From an uncultured Candidatus Binatia bacterium (GTDB lineage Bacteria; Desulfobacterota; Binatia; Bin18): a stretch of DNA of 64,000 nucleotides. Below the pieces are notes generated by a model. It saw only the letters and a list, made by a program, of their open reading frames with translations. It did no database searches and was not told the DNA's origin. The first letter of the stretch is position 1; every line of letters starts with the position of its first letter. The DNA is taken from positions 1,984,001-2,048,000 of the forward strand of contig OZ241744.1 of assembly GCA_965200965.1 (NCBI GenBank), read 5' to 3'. Positions 60,141-64,000 of this stretch are shown piece by piece. The position numbers were made by a program, and so were the translations under genes.

Positions 60141-61010
60141 CTACTTCCTGGTATACTGATCGATGAACTCGAGCGCCTGATCCCAGCCCAGCAGGCCGTT
60201 GACGAGGTCGTTGAAGGGCAGCATTTCGTGCCACAGCCCCTGGCTTGTGCCGGTCTCTTTGAGCGTCGCGTAGACCTTTTTCATCTGGTAGGCGGCCGCC
60301 AACACCCCAGCGACCGGATAGATGGCAATCCGAAAGCCCATATCGGCCAAGTCCGGTGCAGGCAGGAAGGGTGTTTTGCCGCCCTCGACCATGTTGATCA
60401 GGAGTGGAGGTTCGGAGAAGCGCCGGCAGGCCGCCTCCATCTGCTTGACCGACTCAAAAGCCTCAAAAAACAGGCAGTCGGCCCCGGCTTCGAGAGAGGC
60501 GTCGGCCCGGGCCAGGGCATCGTCAAAGCCGTTGACCGCAATGGCATCAATGCGGGCGATAATCACACTGTCGTCATGGCTGCGGTTTTCGACCGCGACC
60601 CGGATTTTTGTCGCGTGGTCTTCAACCGACACCAAGCGCTTGCCGCCCAAGTGACCACACCGGCGGGGCAGGTCCTGATCCTCAATATGCAGTCCGGCAA
60701 CACCGACCCGTTCGTACTCCTGGACCAGGCGCACAACGTTGAGCAGGCTGCCAAAGCCGGCCTCGGCGTCGGCGATTACCGGGATGTTCACCGCCCGACA
60801 CACCCCTTCCAATTGCATGACCATCTCGGTCAGGGTCCGCATCCCGAAGTCTGGATAGCCGAGCGCCCCGGCCGACACCCCGCCGGAATAATACACCAGG
60901 GGAAAACCGGCCTCTTCAACCAGCCGGGCCGAGATCACGTCATAGGCACCGGCCGCCATAAAGAGCCGATCTTGGGATAACAATGCACGGAGCGATTGAG
61001 CCTGGACCAT
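60141..61010 (-). CDS. isocitrate lyase/PEP mutase family lyase (PrpB / dimethylmalate-lyase-like)
   Basis: G.YD..SA, G.PD.G, ADAEAGFG, IEDQ..PRRCGH, NMVEGGKTP. Confidence 0.88.
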   Translation of the reverse strand: MVQAQSLRALLSQDRLFMAAGAYDVISARLVEEAGFPLVYYSGGVSAGALGYPDFGMRTLTEMVMQLEGVCRAVNIPVIADAEAGFGSLLNVVRLVQEYERVGVAGLHIEDQDLPRRCGHLGGKRLVSVEDHATKIRVAVENRSHDDSVIIARIDAIAVNGFDDALARADASLEAGADCLFFEAFESVKQMEAACRRFSEPPLLINMVEGGKTPFLPAPDLADMGFRIAIYPVAGVLAAAYQMKKVYATLKETGTSQGLWHEMLPFNDLVNGLLGWDQALEFIDQYTRK

Positions 61011-61030
61011 GTCGCCCTCCTTTCGGGTTC

Positions 61031-61837
61031 TCAGCGGTTGGCGAACACCGGCTCACGTTTGTCACGAAAAGCGGCCACCGCCTCACGCATGTCGTCTCCC
61101 AGCATACAGGCCAAGCCCAGATGGGCGTCGGCATAGGTAATATCGCCGGCCTTATTGGTCGTCAGGGCTTTGAAGAATTCCTTGGTCCGGCGCAGGGCCA
61201 TAGGCGGTTTGTTGAGGAGCTTGTCGGCCAAAGCCCGGGCCGCTTCGTGCAACCGATCGGGCGGGACGACCTGGTTGACCAGACCGACTTCCAGGGCTTC
61301 CTCGGCCGTCAGTTCGTCGCAGGTCATAATGAGTTCTTTGGCCTTGGCCATGCCAATGAGATTAATCATACGAGCAATCGAGCCCCACATATACGGCACG
61401 CCGAGCCGGACTTCGGGCAGCCACATGCGGGCCCCGCTGGCCGCAATTCGAAAGTCACAGGCCATAGCCAGCGAGACGCCGCCGCCCACCGCAAAGCCAT
61501 TCACGGCCGCAATGCTGATCTGGTCCAGGCGTTCCCACTCGTCCATGACCCGCCAGCCGAGTTTGGCCAGCCGCAGCCTGGCGGTGTCGGTCAGCCGGGC
61601 CTGGGTTTCGGCCTTGGACCCGGCCGCCAGGGCGTCCATATCGGCCCCGACGCTGAACGACCGGCCGTGACCGGTCAGAACCACTATGCGTGAATCTTCG
61701 TCCTCCTGGAGCTGATAGGCAATTGCCAGGAACTCGCGCAACACCTGCTCATTGAGCGGATTCAGCTTTTCCGGGCGGTTGAAACCAACCGTCACAATCG
61801 GCCCTGAGCGTTCGAGCGTAAAGGTTTCGTATGCCAT
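61031..61837 (-). CDS. enoyl-CoA hydratase/isomerase family protein
   Basis: NRPEKLN, FSVGAD, AVNG.AVGGG..LA.ACD.R, PE..LG. Confidence 0.92.
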   Translation of the reverse strand: MAYETFTLERSGPIVTVGFNRPEKLNPLNEQVLREFLAIAYQLQEDEDSRIVVLTGHGRSFSVGADMDALAAGSKAETQARLTDTARLRLAKLGWRVMDEWERLDQISIAAVNGFAVGGGVSLAMACDFRIAASGARMWLPEVRLGVPYMWGSIARMINLIGMAKAKELIMTCDELTAEEALEVGLVNQVVPPDRLHEAARALADKLLNKPPMALRRTKEFFKALTTNKAGDITYADAHLGLACMLGDDMREAVAAFRDKREPVFANR

Positions 61838-61914
61838 GCGCGCTTCCTCCTCAGGCTGCGGCCTACCGGATGCCTCAACATGTCTGCCAGGCGGAGCGGT
61901 CAGGATGAGCCGTA

Positions 61915-62655
61915 TTATTGGGCGGTATACCCGCCATCAATCACCAACTCGGTCCCCGTCACAAACGAGGACTCGTCGCTAGCCAGATACACCACACCAT
62001 AGGCAATATCGGTGGCGGTCGCCAGCCGGCCCAGCGGATGAGTGTGGCGCACCGCCTGGAGCGCTTCAGGGTCAAGCACATCGAGCATCGCGGTATCGAC
62101 CCCGCCCGGATGAACTGAATTGACCCGGATATTATCCTTGGCACACTCAATCGCGGTGGCTTTGGTCAGCAGGCGGACCGCCCCCTTTGTCCCGTGGTAG
62201 GCGGTGGCCATGCCAGCCCCAATCAGACCGGCAATGGAGGAAATGTTGATAATTGAGCCGCCCCCGGACCGGCGCATGGCCGGAACGGCGTATTTCATGC
62301 CCAGAAACACCCCGGTCTGATTGATGGCAATGACCCGATTCCACAGCTCCAGATCGGTTTCTTCCAGCTTTTCGACCGGAAATATACCGGCGTTATTGAC
62401 CAGAATATCAAGCCTGCCATAGGTGGCGAGCGCCGTCTCAACCGCGGCCTGCCAGTCATCTTCGCGGGTGACATCAAGTTTCACACCGCTTGCCTGTCCG
62501 CCCAGCGCATCCACCACCCGGCTCTGCTCTTCAAGCAAAATGTCGCCCAGCACGACGTTTGCCCCTTCCGCCACAAACAGTCGCGCCTCGGCTTCTCCCT
62601 GTCCGCGCGCTGCCCCGGAAATCAGACCAACTTTTCCTTCGAGTCGTCCAGCCAT
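61915..62655 (-). CDS. short-chain dehydrogenase/reductase
   Basis: SGAARGQG, NNAG, NISS, YHGTK, NSVHPG, IDGG. Confidence 0.94.
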   Translation of the reverse strand: MAGRLEGKVGLISGAARGQGEAEARLFVAEGANVVLGDILLEEQSRVVDALGGQASGVKLDVTREDDWQAAVETALATYGRLDILVNNAGIFPVEKLEETDLELWNRVIAINQTGVFLGMKYAVPAMRRSGGGSIINISSIAGLIGAGMATAYHGTKGAVRLLTKATAIECAKDNIRVNSVHPGGVDTAMLDVLDPEALQAVRHTHPLGRLATATDIAYGVVYLASDESSFVTGTELVIDGGYTAQ

Positions 62656-62773
62656 ACCCCTGCTCCTTTCTGTTCGGCCCCGAACCATAGCAGACACAGG
62701 CAGGGGCGTAAAATGTGGCTCTCTGCCAGAGGCCCGGTTGGCTGGCCAAGGCGGGCAGCCTATGGTGAGATGT

Positions 62774-62998
62774 ATGAGTCTCGAACCGATCGGGGTCTTC
62801 ATCGCTATCGTGGCTGCTGGTCTGACCTTGGCCGGCCTGCTCCTGACCGGCCAGCGGGCCATCCGGGTCGAATTGGCAGCCCAACGCCGGGAATTTAGCG
62901 AGCGGTTCACCGCCATTGAGAGGCAGCTGCGCGAACGCATGGCGCATCTCGAAGGCTCGCTTGACGGATTACGCGAGGCTATCGCCATGCACGCCTGA
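62774..62998 (+). CDS. small single-TM coiled-coil protein (74 aa)
   Basis: N-terminal TM followed by a heptad segment ending LRERMAHLEGSLDGLREAI; TATGGT 7 nt upstream of the ATG. Confidence 0.65.
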   Translation: MSLEPIGVFIAIVAAGLTLAGLLLTGQRAIRVELAAQRREFSERFTAIERQLRERMAHLEGSLDGLREAIAMHA

Positions 62999-63046
62999 TG
63001 GTCCCCGAATCATCGTGGTGTGTGACGGGCGGCGCGTTGACCAATC

Positions 63047-63826
63047 CTATTCTGGTGGAAGAGGGCAGCAACCCTTAGCGCTCCTCCCTTCTCCACTCCT
63101 CCCAACCGAGGCCTCCACCTTCGCGCCGTTTGTGTCCGGCGCGCGCAGAGCCGCGGCCGGCAGGACGGCCAAGTCGTCATAGTCGGCCTGGGCGCTGCTC
63201 TGGGTGATGTCCGAATCGGTCAGAATCGCCACCCCCTGGACCTGACCCGGGGCAAAGCCAAACAGCTTTTTGTAGTCCTCATAGAAATTGACCGTTTCCT
63301 GATGCCACTCCGGGTTGTCGGGCAGGCCGCTCTGGAGGACAACGACCTTGGCCCGCCAATACATCGGGCTGGTGAAGGTGCTGCCCACCGGCTGTGTTGC
63401 GCTCCAGACGTATTTGATGACGCGGGGCATAATACGGCTGTCAAACACCACATACACCCCCGCGGCCGAGTCATTGGTCGCTTTGACGCGCTCGTCTCCG
63501 CCAGTCGGCAGCCGGCCGACCCGCCAGCGCCAGCGCAGCAGCGGATAGCGCTCCGGCCCAAACGTCTTGGTCAGACCGATCTGGGTGTCCTGGCTTTTGG
63601 CCGAGGCGCGCAGAAAACGGTTGCCGGCCTCCTCTGCCATGACTGTGTATATCGCCCGCGCCTCCGCCTCATCGCCCCGCGCCCGCCAGCGGCTCGGAAA
63701 TGCGCCAAGCGCTTCCTGTTCAAAGGTCTCCTCCAGCACCGGACGCTGGGCTGCCAGCTGGCCGGCCGCGCCTTGCGCGCAGCCGAACACCACACAGCAC
63801 AAAACCATCAGCATCACCCGTCGCAT
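63047..63826 (-). CDS. DUF3047 domain exported protein
   Basis: Signal/lipoprotein N-terminus, P.L.WRW.V..LP..DE.....D.AA.VYV.F, IKYVWS, ILTDSD.T. Confidence 0.85.
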   Translation of the reverse strand: MRRVMLMVLCCVVFGCAQGAAGQLAAQRPVLEETFEQEALGAFPSRWRARGDEAEARAIYTVMAEEAGNRFLRASAKSQDTQIGLTKTFGPERYPLLRWRWRVGRLPTGGDERVKATNDSAAGVYVVFDSRIMPRVIKYVWSATQPVGSTFTSPMYWRAKVVVLQSGLPDNPEWHQETVNFYEDYKKLFGFAPGQVQGVAILTDSDITQSSAQADYDDLAVLPAAALRAPDTNGAKVEASVGRSGEGRSAKGCCPLPPE

Positions 63827-64000
63827 CACTTTTCGTCCACGCCCTCCAAGCCTTCCTGTGGCCGGCCATTGTGACACGGATGGAACACTGGCGCGAGGAC
63901 CGGACCGCATGGACACGGCACGCCGGACAGGAAACAATGTTCTCGGCTTTACAAGGAACGGTATGGCACGAGAATGGAATGCAGGCGAATATGAACGGCT

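Noticed and set aside
58519-60159. 546-aa plus-strand ORF (likewise 13872-15251 and 70-657)
   Set aside because: Antisense to well-supported genes; long shadow ORFs are expected at high GC.

Overview
High-GC bacterial chromosome segment. The 16S and gene content suggest a deltaproteobacterial, possibly Binatia-like lineage (inference only). From left to right: (1) a partial MEMO1/AmmeMemoRadiSam-B gene; (2) a lipid A/Kdo/core operon (gnnA-like, lpxB, msbA, DUF374, waaA, lpxK, methyltransferase, GT9, small GT2-tail protein, Kdo kinase); (3) rsmA, tsaD, a TPR protein, PBP1B, DUF1844, a GT9 and larE; (4) a minus-strand rRNA operon, 16S-tRNA(Ile)-tRNA(Ala)-23S, with no linked 5S; (5) an unusual biosynthetic region, with a BpsA-like aminopropyltransferase-GNAT-FkbH-ACP operon divergent from a variant PEP-mutase/nucleotidyltransferase fusion, a QW-repeat barrel protein and a Rieske protein; (6) ECF sigma/anti-sigma, otsB, gshA, decayed acoAB with intact acoX, and assorted metabolic genes; (7) a xanthine-dehydrogenase-family MSL operon; (8) a ~4 kb lower-GC island (XRE controller, HNH nuclease, large N4/N6 methyltransferase) bounded by a 47-bp direct repeat that reads as a sigma70 promoter; (9) a PfkB kinase, mocA, xdhC, a divergent LplA-like gene, HEAT and DUF6178 proteins, a lyase-crotonase-SDR set and DUF3047. 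The best candidates for novelty are the BpsA/FkbH/ACP plus PepM-variant locus and the C-HNH-MTase island. All calls come from motif recognition by eye; no searches were run.
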